Below are positions 12,301 to 37,172 of a DNA stretch of 64,000 nucleotides, in pieces. The DNA lies in the NCBI RefSeq assembly GCF_046119375.1, contig NW_027362765.1:378696001-378760000 (forward strand). The letters are read 5' to 3'. The stretch is from Phyllobates terribilis (Eukaryota). Both the position numbers and the translations under genes were made by a program. Under the pieces are notes generated by a model that was not told the DNA's origin, ran no database searches, and saw nothing but the letters and a program-made list of their open reading frames with translations. Positions within the stretch are counted from its first letter, which is position 1; every line of letters begins with the position of its first letter.

Positions 12301-14656
12301 GTGAGTGTAAGTATGGCGGCCGGGAGCTCAGGTTATTGTGGGGTGAGGAGGAGGCTGCTGCCTGAGAGTTTTGGAGGGGACTGTAACCCTTTCAGGACCG
12401 GGCTGTTTTTTTTTTCTCCCTTTTTTTTCCAGGATCCAAATCTTTTTTTTATGTTCAGCCTTTGTTTTTTTTTTTTTGGGGGGGGGGGGGGAGTGGTTTG
12501 ATTACTTACCGGAGAAGGGGCTGCAGTTCACTGTATGGGGTGAGTGACTTTATACATCGGCCGTTTAGCGACACCAACTTTTTTTTTTTTTTTATTTATT
12601 AATTTTTCTTTATTTTTGAAGGTTGCTGCAGATTCAAACTTTAAATATTTTTTTAAAACTTTTTTAAATAAATGTTTAAAAAAAAAAAAAAAAAAAATCA
12701 GACTCTTGGGGCGCTTCAGACGTCTGCTCGCTGTCCCTGCACATTGCTGGATCTTAGTATTAGCATAAGGGCTCGCTCTCACCTGCAATCAAATCAGATG
12801 AATGCAATCCAATAAAAAAAAATCGGGTTGCATTCGGACCAATTTCATCCTATGAGTGTGTGTTCTGTGGTTTTTTTTTTTTTTATCCCAGCATGCTGCG
12901 ATTGCACGCTGGATTTGGATCGCACGCACCCATATGAGCCTATGGGTCAGTGTGAAACGTCGCACTGCACTCGGATATCACCCGAGTGCAGTGCGATTCC
13001 CGCCGATGCCAGCGACAGAGGACATGGAGAAATTTATTTCTCCGTCCCCTCCGCAGCTGTGCTGCAATCCTCTCTGTGCGAGAGATAGGAGCACTGATAC
13101 TCGGTTCCCGCTCGCAGCAGAGCAGGAGCCGAATGTCATTAGCATCTCGCATCGGATGCCATACGATAGTGGGACCCCGGCCTAATAGCGAAGTTTGATG
13201 GAGCCCGGCCACAGGCTTAGCTTCAGGCCAAGATGGCGGCAACATGGGTGGGGGAAGGGAGAGGGTGCAATGAGCACAGTGCATGCACCCAATGTCATTA
13301 GGCAGGGCTGGGCACCTGCCCTCTGCATTAGGTTTGGCTCCGTACACTCACACCTTGATGGTGGCGTGAAGAGTTAAGCCTCATAAGTGTAGTTTAAAGG
13401 GAATCTGTCCTTTTTAAAAAGAACCTGCCATTTATCTTTATTGCACCGCTAGAATTGTGCTTTAAATGTAAGTCCTTTGCCCCCCCGTCTCATACTCCCC
13501 TTCATCTGTTTCCAGCGTCGTCGCTCCCGTCGGCCTCCTGTGACCCGCTCACAGCTCTAGTGTTTAATGGAGCTGCACAGAGGCTACTTTTCAATACTCA
13601 TTCTGGCTCTCATATACTTGTATTGAGCTTGTGACGTAGCTTCTGACTTCCGGCTGGCAGAAGCTGCGCTCAGAAGATGGCGCTGTGGGACCGGAGCAGT
13701 GCTGAGAACCAGGGAAGTTCGTTGGAGGGCAGGGGGCTTATAGTTAAAGTGCCACTCCTGCGCTGAAAAAAAAAAGTGGAGTGGTGCTTTAAACTTTCTA
13801 TAGTTTCATTGCACACTATTATGGTCTTTACAAGGGGCTGTGGTTCACAGGGTAATGATGCATAGCAGCCTAGAGACCCGCCCCAGAGGATCCTATGAGC
13901 ACTGCATACAAAGGCCCTTATCTCTAAAACAGTTTTTCTGTATCTAATGGAATATCCAGGATAGCAGTGGGCATTAAACAAAGGCGAAACCCGGCCTTGG
14001 ATCTAGTGACCGGCCCCTTTTTAAAGGTTTGCAGACATATATATTAATTTTTATCGGCAAAGGAAATTTGGGTTGAATTGATGCTGACACTTGCGTGGGG
14101 TCACCAGGTGCTGACACCGGCCCTGCGGCTCCAACTCCTGCAGCAGGTGATGTGGTGTAAGGGCTGGGAGCTAGTAACGATTCCCAGGGTCTTTGTGCCC
14201 CATAGGCCTAATTAGCAGATGCATATGAGAGGCCTATGTCAGACCTGGTCACTTATTGCCCTCTGTGATTTATAGGGAGAGGACGATGTCTGGCAGAGCA
14301 TACCCCCCTCCCTCTGCCAGACAGCTGCAGCCACATCTTGGCAACTCAAAGACTGAGATCAGAGGAGCCGCACAAGGGGGTACGGCAGGTTGAGGGGCAG
14401 TGGAGCAGTACAAGGGGGTACGGTGGGGGAGCTGCACAGATGGTACGGTGGAGGAGCAGGGGTGCTGCACAGGGGGTATGGTGGGGCGAGGGCGCTGCAC
14501 AGATATGGGGACAGTGGAAGTAAAGAGTTGTTTCAGAGACCGGGTCTTATAGACGACGTGTATTTCTGTATTGCTGCAGTGTTATTTCGGGAGTTGTAAT
14601 CCTAATAATAATCTCTCCCCCCTCAGGTCAGTGATTCTGGTTTGTGGTTTTCAAAG

Positions 14657-17122
14657 ATGGGGACAGCAGATTCCAGAGAGCAGCAGGTGACTCCATCTCG
14701 TCCACTACGAAATCTCCACCTGTTGCGTGTGATTGACCCCCGTTCCCCTTCGGCATGGATCCCAAGGACCCCCATTGAGGTAGGTACACGTGATGCCCGG
14801 TTATGTCTATTGTCTTTCATCCTGAGATGTCTTACCTGTCCGTCCGCTCTGTGCAGGTTGTGGAGTCTCCACAGAGTTCCCACCATGTAATGGCACCAGA
14901 GGAAGAAACAGCCGAGCCCTCCAGGATTAGTGACCCGCGCTCCCCCACACAGGGCATTGCACGCACCCCCCTGCGCCCTTCTTTACATGGTGAGTACGTT
15001 GTTTCTGTGCTGGACTCCCCAGCTCATGGCACCTACCTATACCGATGCAATGCAGCAGACTAAGGACTAGGAAGCGATGTTTCACTGCTGGCAAGCAGAG
15101 AGCATTTTATAAAGTCACAGAGGACTTATCCAGGCACCTCCTTGTGTGTGTATAGAGACCGTTATGACGGCTTCACATTGGGCAGACTGTCAGTCAGTTG
15201 ATATCCAGCTTGCTGCCGCCTTAGGTAGTGATCACACCAGATACTGTATGTCATTCAGGGCTCTAGGAAAGCTGGGCCGTGACAGCAGCCATATTGCTTG
15301 TTGCCCATCTTTCTTGGCACGATAACTAGGACATTGAGTGGCGGAGGACGACTTGAGGACTTCTATTTTCAGGCATCTGTATAGGTTAAGCTGCTATTAA
15401 CCCTCTAATTGTCTTTTCTTTTCCAGCTTCCTTGGACCTTCTGGCTAAGCAGCTCAGCGAGGTGTTTGTCTCCGAGGATTCTGGGATTGAGGGCAGCCCG
15501 GAAGCCAATAAAGAAGCTCCAGCCGAGTCCCCAGACGACCAACCAGCGAGTGACGCGCTCCCTCCACCTGTCGAGGAAGAGAAGGACCTGGAGCCCGCAG
15601 AGGAACCTGTGACGTCTCCCGAGCCGCCTCCGCCCGCCGTGCTGCAACAGAAACCAAGGGGCAAATCTCCACGTGCCACAGGTGATGCCACAGAACAAAG
15701 CTTTATCTATAGCCTCGTGCAGACATTGTGGCTTTCTGTGCAGTTTCTGCTGCACTCGTGTAACTGCGTCGTCTCCTTTTTGTAGGTACGAAGAATGTTC
15801 GCCAGCGACCCAGGAAAGCGTTAGTCTCCCCTGCCCATGGCCGGTCGCCACTGAAAATCCTGCAGGAAGACTGTTCGCCCGGCATGGCCGCGCAAAACCG
15901 ACAGGTAAGGCTGGGAGTGCACAAAGTACTGAAAAATACAAACCTGACCAAATCCACCTGCACTGATGGGGGTTTGCATGATCCGGACACTTACTGTTAT
16001 GTCTGAGCCCTATGATGGCATGACGGGACTTGGGGACCACCAGGGTGGTGTCAGAGCTAGGATCTAAATTATCAAGAGACCCCCCATGCTAAGAGCATGT
16101 GCCTAGCAGGCTACACCTACAGTGATGGTCGCAGAATCAAAGCTATTGGTGTCGTGATCACTTATCACACAGGTGCTCTGGTTTGATCCTGGGAAAACTT
16201 TTAAAGGGACATTCACAAGATTTGTAAGTATTTCCTATCTATAGGATATAGGGTTGGAATTCTGACCACTGGGACCCAAAACTATCCCAAAAGTTGGTGC
16301 AGAGCCCCGCTCTCAGGATCCCGGGGGATTAGAGGTCAGCCCCTCGGTGATAAGTAAGTTATCTTCTATTCTAAGGATGGGGGATAACTTTCAGTCTTGG
16401 GGAAATTTTAATTTAACTCCATGCTCTGTGTGCAAGCGATTAATGGAGCCGCTCTCTGCCAGCATGACCTGATATCCATCGCTTGTGTGGCTTTTTCGAT
16501 GTGTACATGATGGGGGGACAACGATTCAGGGTGGGAGCGCAGCAAGCAAAAATGATATGTAGAGAAGATGGAATAAGGAGAGGCCATGTGCCCACGTAGC
16601 GTAAACGCTGCTAGTAACAATTCTGACTTCATTACACCCCGTTCTCACTGTGTTTCTCAATAAAGTTTTTTTTTTGTGAGGAGCCAGAAAAAAATACATG
16701 TAAAAAGAATCCCAGTGATTTTGCATGAAAGACAAAACGCACTATAAAAACAACCGCAATAATCAGGTCACAGCGCTACTATGTGTATTGGTGCTGGTAC
16801 CTGCAGAAAAACCTAGCTGGGAGGGGGGGGGGGGCAGAGTTTTCTGCATATAGGAACATGGGCTGAATGTTTGGGGTCTGATTTGGTCGCTCTATGAAAG
16901 ATCACATTAAACCAAGATTTTTCAAGTGAGTTCAGGTCTCCCAAGTTTCTCTCATTCAGTATTTGAGACGATCCGCTGACGTTTCTTTCCTGTTTGTAGG
17001 TGAAAATCAACGCCTTCCAGTCTGAACAGCCCCCATCTCTCAGGACCACGAAGATCTCGCACAGCAGCTGGGAAATGTCTCACAATAAGGAGAACACTCA
17101 TTACACGCAGAGCGAAAGCTGA
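14657..17122 (+). CDS. CDCA3: Cell division cycle-associated 3 (Tome-1), 250 aa
   Basis: Exons (+): 14657-14779, 14857-14989, 15427-15681, 15786-15904, 17000-17122, total 753 nt. Features: MG start, two DPRSP..RTP repeats, LAKQLSEVF, GRSPLKILQED and a C-terminal KEN box (17087-17095). Lies between USP5 and GNB3 as in other vertebrates. Confidence 0.95.
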
Positions 17123-17263
17123 GCCCCCCTCCCATTATCGAAGATGTTTGTATATATGTGTACTCTGCATACCGTGTCCCCGCACCGCCGCTGCTGCTGC
17201 TATACTTGTACACTACTCCTGTAAATATGTCTGATTTTGTCTGTACCATTGTATGTAGGACCA

Positions 17264-17269
17264 AATAAA
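17264..17269 (+). terminator. CDCA3 polyadenylation signal AATAAA
   Basis: First AATAAA, about 140 nt after the stop codon. Confidence 0.7.
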
Positions 17270-17480
17270 TGTGATTTTAATATTGGATAACGATAGAAGT
17301 AATATCATACTTTGTCCACTGGGACCAAAGATCCATAGAAAGACCAACTGGATCTATTAAAGGGTTATTCCTCCCTGAGAACGAGTCTCTGCAGCCCCTT
17401 CCTGAATGGAGCAGAGGTGAACGTGTGGCCTTGTGCTCTGGGTTTTAAAGCCCCAAACTTTGGAGCTCCCAGCAGTTCTG

Positions 17481-19596
17481 TACTGCCCCCTATGTACAAG
17501 AATATAACTACTATAATACTGCCCCTATGTACAAGAATATAACTACTATAATACTGCTCCTATGTACAAGAATATAACTACTATAATACTGCCCACTATG
17601 TACAAGAATAGAACTACTATAATACTGCCACTATGTACAAGAATAGAACTACTATAATACTGCTCCCTGTGTACAAGAATAGAACTACTATAATACTGCT
17701 CCCTGTGTACAAGAATATAACTACTATAATACTGCTCCTATGTACAAGAATATAACTACTATAATACTGCCCCTATGTACAAGAATATAACTACTATAAT
17801 ACTGCTCCTATGTACAAGAATATAACTACTATAATACTGCTCCTATGTACAAGAATATAACTACTATAATACTGCTCCTATGTACAAGAATATAACTACT
17901 ATAATACTGCCCCTATGTACAAGAATATAACTACTATAATACTGCCCCTATGTACAAGAATATAACTACTATAATACTGCTCCTATGTACAAGAATATAA
18001 CTACTATAATACTGCTCCCTATGTACAAGAATATAACTACTATAATACTGCCCCTATATACAAGAATATAACCATTATAATACTGCCCCTATGTGCAAGA
18101 ATATAACTACTATAATACTGTCCCTATGTACAAGAATATAACTACTATAATACTGCCCCCTATGTACAAGAATATAACTACTATAATACTGCCCCTATGT
18201 ACAAGAATATAACTACTATAATACTGCTCCCTATGTACAAGAATATAACTACTATAATACTGCCACTATGTACAAGAATATAACTACTATAATACTGCCC
18301 CTATGTACAAGAATATAACTACTATAATACTGCCCCTATGTACAAGAATATAACTACTATAATACTGCCCCTATGTACAAGAATATAACTACTATAATAC
18401 TGCTCCTATATACAAGAATATAACTACTATAATACTGCTCCCTGTGTACAAGAATATAACTACTATAATACTGCCTCCTATGTACAAGAATATAACTACT
18501 ATAATACTGCTCCTATGTACAAGAATATAACTACTATAATACTGCCCACTATGTACAAGAATATAACTACTATAATACTGCCCACTATGTACAAGAATAT
18601 AACTACTATAATACTGCCCCTATGTACAAGAATATAACTACTATAATACTGCCCCTATGTACAAGAATATAACTACTATAATACTGCTCCCTGTGTACAA
18701 GAATATAACTACTATAATACTGCTCCTATATACAAGAATATAACTACTATAATACTGCTCCCTGTGTACAAGAATATAACTACTATAATACTGCCCCTAT
18801 GTACAAGAATATAACTACTATAATACTGCTCCTATGTACAAGAATATAACTACTATAATACTGCCCACTATGTACAAGAATAGAACTACTATAATACTGC
18901 TCCTATGTACAAGAATATAACTACTATAATACTGCTCCTATGTACAAGAATATAACTACTATAATACTGCCCCTATGTACAAGAATATAACTACTATAAT
19001 ACTGCCCCTATGTACAAGAATATAACTACTATAATACTGCTCCTATGTACAAGAATATAACTACTATAATACTGCTCCCTATGTACAAGAATATAACTAC
19101 TATAATACTGCCCCTATATACAAGAATATAACCATTATAATACTGCCCCATTGTGCAAGAATATAACTACTATAATACTGTCCCTATGTACAAGAATATA
19201 ACTACTATAATACTGCTCCTATGTACAAGAATATAACTACTATAATACTGCTCCCTGTGTACAAGAATATAACTACTATAATACTGCTCCCTATGTGCAA
19301 GAATATAACTACTATAATACTGCCCCTATATACAAGAATATAACCATTATAATACTGCTCCCTATGTACAAGAATATAACTACTATAATACTGCCCCTAT
19401 GTACAAGAATATAACTACTATAATACTGCCCCTATGTACAAGAATATAACTACTATAATACTGCCCCTATGTACAAGAATATAACTACTATAATACTGCT
19501 CCTATGTACAAGAATATAACTACTATAATACTGCCCCAATGTACAAGAATATAACTACTATAATACTGCCCCCTATGTATAAAACTACTATAATAC
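17481..19596. repeat. 35-36-bp minisatellite, about 60 copies
   Basis: Unit tatgtacaagaatataactactataatactgc(c/t)cc; fills the gap between the CDCA3 and GNB3 3' ends. Confidence 0.98.
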
Positions 19597-19748
19597 GTTA
19601 TCCGCACACATCTTATGTGCTGTAGTGACATATATGGAGACATCTAGAAAGACAGAGTCCAACGTGGCTGCAAACCTGAGATTTAATAAAACCAGTAACA
19701 TGTGTGAAAGATGCCAAAAATCTTCGGCTTCTATGACCTAAAATAGAT

Positions 19749-19754
19749 TTTATT
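19749..19754 (-). terminator. Probable GNB3 polyadenylation signal
   Basis: AATAAA on the - strand about 470 nt after the stop; an ATTAAA alternative lies at 19682-19687. Confidence 0.5.
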
Positions 19755-20222
19755 TTCCTCTTTCTATAAAACACAAACCTGTTCGAACAAAAAAAAAAAG
19801 TGACAGAAAAGGGGGGGGAGGCTTCAGTATAATAAATTAAGTAGATACACACAGATGTCATTGTCTGCAGCAGGAGTAGAGAACAAAAGTGGGGAGGTGC
19901 GGGAGTTTGATCAGAAAGGAGTGATTTGGGGAAGGGGGGAGTTCTAGGCTCTGGATCCAATTAGCAGCAGACATCTGAGTACAGTGCATACAGCAGCCAC
20001 TAGGTGGCAGTGTTTGTATTTTGCTTATAAATGGGGATTTTGCAGCTATGAAGTGTCACACAGCAAATCCAAGAAGGTGCCTGGTATGGAGGGGGGGATG
20101 CTGGTGCAGCCCTGCACTGGTGGGCTAAGATGCTAACTGGGGCCATTGATAAATGGACTGTGAGGGGGGAAGGGGAGTTTAGGTGCCCCTGCCTCTGCTG
20201 CATGAAGTATCTTGCAAAAAAC

Positions 20223-32446
<12,224 letters not shown>

Positions 32447-33017
32447 CTTGACAACTCTGCTGACACAAACAGGGAAGGAGACTGAGAATATTCGGAGATC
32501 AGGGAGAGGGGTGAAAGCCGCCGGCCACCGCCAGAAAGTCAATCTGTCCGCTACACACCGACACGGTGATATCTTGACATTTACAAACAGCTCAGATAAG
32601 ACAGAATAAGTTTTGTTAAATGTATTTCCTGATTTCGTGAGTAACAGCTATTTTTTCAAGTTTGGCTCAGAAATATTCGGAGTGCTGCTCCACCGATACC
32701 AGAGAATAACATTTTGGGGCGTCCAGGAGGAAGTCAGTATACTATGGCCTCCGGTGCATCCAAACAAAGCAAAAAAAGATATTCAGCCGTGTGGATGTAA
32801 CCTCACAAATTATATTACCACAACTAAGGACAGTTAGGGGTGTACAAATCCATGCTGTATGGGCCCAGGATTATTTTTGCTCCCGTCTCTGATATTCTGT
32901 GGTTAGTGCCCTTGTTACCCCAAGGTCCATAGGTTTTGTGCCCTAGTATCTGGGGTGCAGTGTTTTTTTTAAGTCAGTGGTTTAGTGTCCTAGCCCTTGG
33001 TATCCAGCGGTTTAATG

Positions 33018-35340
33018 CAACCCCAATTCCAAAAAAAAGTTAGGACTCAGTGATAAATATAAAGGAAACAAGAGTGCAATGATCTGGAAATCCCTTTTGC
33101 CATATTTTATTCACAGAACACAGAACAGATCAGAAGTTGAATGGTGGACATTTCCCCATTTCATTTGTGTAGCCTTTCCTCTCATCCGGTAAGTATAGAG
33201 ACAGTTTCTGGAGAGGAACGTTGTCCCCTTCTTGTCTGATGTCAGGTTCACGCTGCTCCTCAGTTCGGGGTCTTTGTCAGATTTTTTGTTTTATAATGCC
33301 TCAAATGTTATCTATTGAAAGGTCCGGACTGCAGGAGGCCGGATCATCCCCCAAACTCTTCTTCTGTGGTGGTGGCAGTCTGTGGTTTACCATTGTCTTT
33401 CTGAAATATTCAAGTCCTTCCCTGAAATAGACATTGTCTGGATGGAGCTGATGTTGTTCTAGCACCTCTATATAACGCTCAGCATTGATGGCGCCTTGCA
33501 TGCGTGCGCTTCCCCCGCCATTGGCACTAATGCCCCCCATACAACAGAGATGCAGAGCTGTGCGCTGATAACAAACGGGATGGTCCCTCTCCTCGATAGC
33601 AAGCTGGATGGTCCCTCTCCTCCTGAGTCCACAGGACAGCACTTCATGTTTCTATGAAGAATTTCACATTTTGATCCATCCAACCACAGGACAGTTTTCC
33701 ATTTTGTCTCAGTCCAGTATAAATGCTCTTTTCCTGAATTGTGCTGACATATGCTTCTTCTAGAAATTTTCCTGAGCCCAAGCAGTGACTTGTGCGACCA
33801 AATCATGCCTGTGTTCAATTCAGTGAGACCTGAGGGCCTGCAGATCACGAGCATCCGATATTGACCGTCGGCCTTGTCCATTGTGCACATGGATTTCTCC
33901 AGAATTACTGACTCTTTTGATGTCATTTTATCCTGTAGATGGAGAATATTCACAGTCTTTGTAATTTTATTGCTGAGAAACATTTGTCTGGAATTGTTCC
34001 ACAATTTTTAAACACAGTCATTCACAGATTGGTGGCCTCCGACCATCTTTGCTTCTGAGAGACTCTGCCTCTCTCACATGCTTTTTTTATACAGTCATGT
34101 GACTTAGTTGAAAATTGACCCTACACCTATTTTCCATTGCACTTACTTTTCCAGCCTTTTGTTAACCCTGTCCCAACTTTTCTGAGATGTGTCGCTGCCA
34201 TCAATTTCTAAATGAGTTATTTTTATTTAAATGAAATGGAAAAATGTCCAAAGTTCAACTTCTGATCTGTTCTATTGTAACGGGTCTGGGAGGTGGAACC
34301 TCTGAGCAACTATACAAGGGGGCAGTCCTTGTAAGGAAGCGGGTGGCTCCCAGGGAAGGCGGGCAGGTAGTCACGGCTAGTGATGGGGACAGTCTCTGGG
34401 TAGAAGGGCAGGAGGACACGGCAGGTGACAGGGACAGTCTCTTGACAGGCGGGTGGTCACGCCAAGTGACGGCAGAGCCTCCAGGTAGGCTAGCAGGCAG
34501 GTAGCAGGTGGACGCTCCCAGGTGAGCGGGCACGAGTCTCTGGACTGGCCGGTGGTCACAGCAAGTGACGGCTCCAGGTAGGCTAGCAGACAGGTAGCAG
34601 AGAGGCGCTCCCAGGTGAGCAGGCAAGAGTCTCTGAACAGGCAGGAGGTCACGGCACGAGACGGTAGAGCCTCCAGGTAGGCTAGCAGGCAGGTAGCAGG
34701 TGAGCACTCCCAGGTGAGCGGGCAAGAGTCTCTGGACAGGTAGGTGGTCACAGCACGTGACGGCGGAGCCTCCAGGTAGGTTAGCAGACAGGTAGTAGGT
34801 GAGCGCTCCCAGGTGAGCGGGCAGACTGATCCATAGACAGACAGGCAGGGCTGGTAGGCAGACTGTCGGACCGCAGATAGGTAAGTAACAGGCAGGAATC
34901 TGGCAGGTGACTGGCAGGTAACTGGTAACGGGACCTGAGGGCTGAAGCAGAGTTGAAAGGCTTTGCAACAACATTGCTCGGGCACCTCCATTTTGGAGGA
35001 GGAGCCTTATATATGGGAGGTCCTCCGGCAATTGGCCGGGGACTCCTTAGGACGGCGCGCGCGGTCCCTTTAAGAGAGGGGGAGCGCGCGCGCACCCTAA
35101 GCACACTGTCGGGGAAGGAGCGCGTGCCGGAAGCAGCGGGGAGAGAAGCGCTGGAGGACGCCGCGCCAGGAGCGGGGAGGTAAGAGGGACGGCGTCTCTG
35201 CCTAGTACGGGGCAGAGACGCCGATGCTACATCTATTTTCTGTAGTGAATAAAATATGGCAATAAGAGATTTCCATATCAGTGCATTCTTGTTTTCTTTA
35301 CATTTTACATAGCCGCCCAACTTTTTTGCATTTGGGGTTG
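33018..35340 (-). mobile_element. Decayed Tc1-family element with an LTR in its 5' TIR
   Basis: TIRs caaccccaa(t/a)t(c/g)caaaaaaagtt; about 150-bp TIR homology spanning the LTR; transposase remnants WTETKWKTVLW and CSPDLS on the - strand. Confidence 0.8.
34276..35231 (-). mobile_element. Solo LTR, 956 bp
   Basis: TGTA...TACA termini; 5-bp TSD TCTAT (34271-34275 and 35232-35236); CCAAT (35031-35035) and TATATAA (35007-35013) on the - strand; internal 4 x ~99-bp repeat. Confidence 0.85.
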
Positions 35341-35342
35341 TA

Positions 35343-36030
35343 CATTGTGCCCTGATACTGGTGTCTATTAGTTTAATGACCTAGTCCCTGGTTTCTAGTG
35401 GTTTATTACACTAATGTCCTGTTCCTGGTATCTGTTTGTTTAGTACACTGGTCTCGGGTGTGTTGTGAACTAGTGCTTTAATCCATGGTGTCCAGTTGCC
35501 TGTTACCCCTTTTGTTTAGTGCCCCAATTCCTGGTGTCTAGTGGTTTAGTGCTTTAGTCCAGGGTGTCCAGTGGTCTGTTACCCTCTTGGTTTAGTGCCA
35601 TAGTTCCTGGTACCATGTGCTTTAGTACCTTAGTCCTTAGTGTACAGTGGTTTGCTAGCCCATTGGTTTAATACTGCCTTAGTCCATAGTTTCTAGCTTT
35701 ACACTCTGGTGCCCAGTGGTTTAGTTCCTGAGTCCCTGGTGTCCGGTGGTTCACTACCACATTTGTTTAATGACCTAGTTTCTGAAGTATAGTGATTTAG
35801 TGCCTTAATCCCTGTTGTCCATTGGTATGATTTAATTCCTTAGTCCCTGATATCCAGTAGTTTAGTGCCTCAGTCCCTGATGTCCATTGGCTTGCCCGTC
35901 CATTGGTTTAGTGCCCTAGTCCTCGATGTCCTGTTATTTAGAGCCTTAATCTCTGTTGTCTGGTGCTTTATTGCTCCATTGATTTAATGCCTTACTCCTT
36001 GGTGTCCTTGTGGTTTGTGCCCTAGTCTGG
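35343..36030. repeat. Degenerate short-period repeat (gtggtttagtgccctagtcc-like)
   Basis: The same motif occurs at 32880-33017, so the Tc1 split one tract. Confidence 0.65.
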
Positions 36031-37172
36031 GGTGTGCAATGTTTTAATTTTTTTACTCCACTCAAGGTGAAAAAAATTGGGCTGCTGGAGAACTATTCCA
36101 TGGGTAAGTCCAGCATTTGACTAGTAAGGTATTTGTGGTCGCCTAATCCAGAGGACACCGTACATTACGTTATCCATGAAAGGGCAAGAAACTTGGCTCC
36201 AGCAGATCGAGAGCTTGACTCAACAAGAACAAGACTCACCAAGTGATAGACAGCCATTATAAGGGGATTTCTAATATTGGGTGCCCACTGTTTGGTGGAC
36301 ATTACTGTTTAAATAGAACATGGTCTACGTAAACTTTCAGCGGATCCTGTATTTTCATAGATCATGGATCCTCTGAGATCATCATCTATGGCTTCGTAGA
36401 TCTATGAGGGTATACATGTTGATGATCTATCCTAGGCCACCAGTGTGTAATCATTGGAGGTTCAGACCATCTTTGTGTCTACGGCAGCTTCACTTATGGA
36501 CTCACAGCCCCAGTTCATCTTTCTCAGTCAAAGTGAGTAAAATAAGCAGGAGAGGACTGCACGCAACGACAGGTCGCTCCATTAATACTGTGCCTTACTC
36601 CTTGGTGTCCTGTTGTTTCTGCCCTAGTCTGGGGTGTGCAATGTTATTTTTTTACTCCACCCAAGGTGAAAAAAATTGGGCTGCTAGAAAACCATCCCAT
36701 GGGTAAATCAAGCATTTGTGGTCGCCTAATCCTGAGGACCCCGTATATTAGGTTATCCATGAAAGAACAAGGAACTTGGCTCCAGCAGATCGAGACCTTT
36801 ACTCAACAAGAACAAGACTCACCAAGTGACAGACAGACATTATCAGGGGATTTTTAATATTGGGCGCACACAATTTGGTGGACGTTACTGTTTGAATAGA
36901 ACATGGTCTACGTAAACATTCGATGGATCCTCTATTTTCAGAGGTCAGGGATCGTCTGAGATCATCATCTATGGCTTCGTAGATCTATGAGGGTATACAC
37001 ATTGATGATCTATCCTAGGCCACCAGTGTGTGATCAGTGGAGGTTCAGACATCTTTGTGTCTACGGCAGCTTCACTTATGGACTCACTGGCCCGGTTCAT
37101 CCTTCTCAGTCAAAGCGAGTAAAATAAGCAGGAGAGGACTGCACGCAACGACAGGTCGCGCCATTAATACTA
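35987..37172. repeat. Diverged tandem duplication, about 600 bp x 2
   Basis: Copies at about 35987-36592 and 36593-37172 align end to end with scattered substitutions and indels. Confidence 0.9.

Noticed and set aside
15386-16040. Antisense ORFs over CDCA3 exons 4-5
   Set aside because: Shadows of GC-rich coding sequence.
17481-19596. Tandem arrays (also 23676-24953, 60517-61764, 62835-64000) as CRISPR-like arrays
   Set aside because: Head-to-tail units with no unique spacers, no cas genes, and a vertebrate context.
32456-32462. NAGNAG acceptor at the GNB3 ATG exon
   Set aside because: It changes only 3 nt of 5'UTR, and such sites are common.
34255-35320. Long ORFs of 258, 204 and 179 aa
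   Set aside because: They are translations of the GC-rich ~99-bp repeats and U3 region of the solo LTR, with no recognisable domain.
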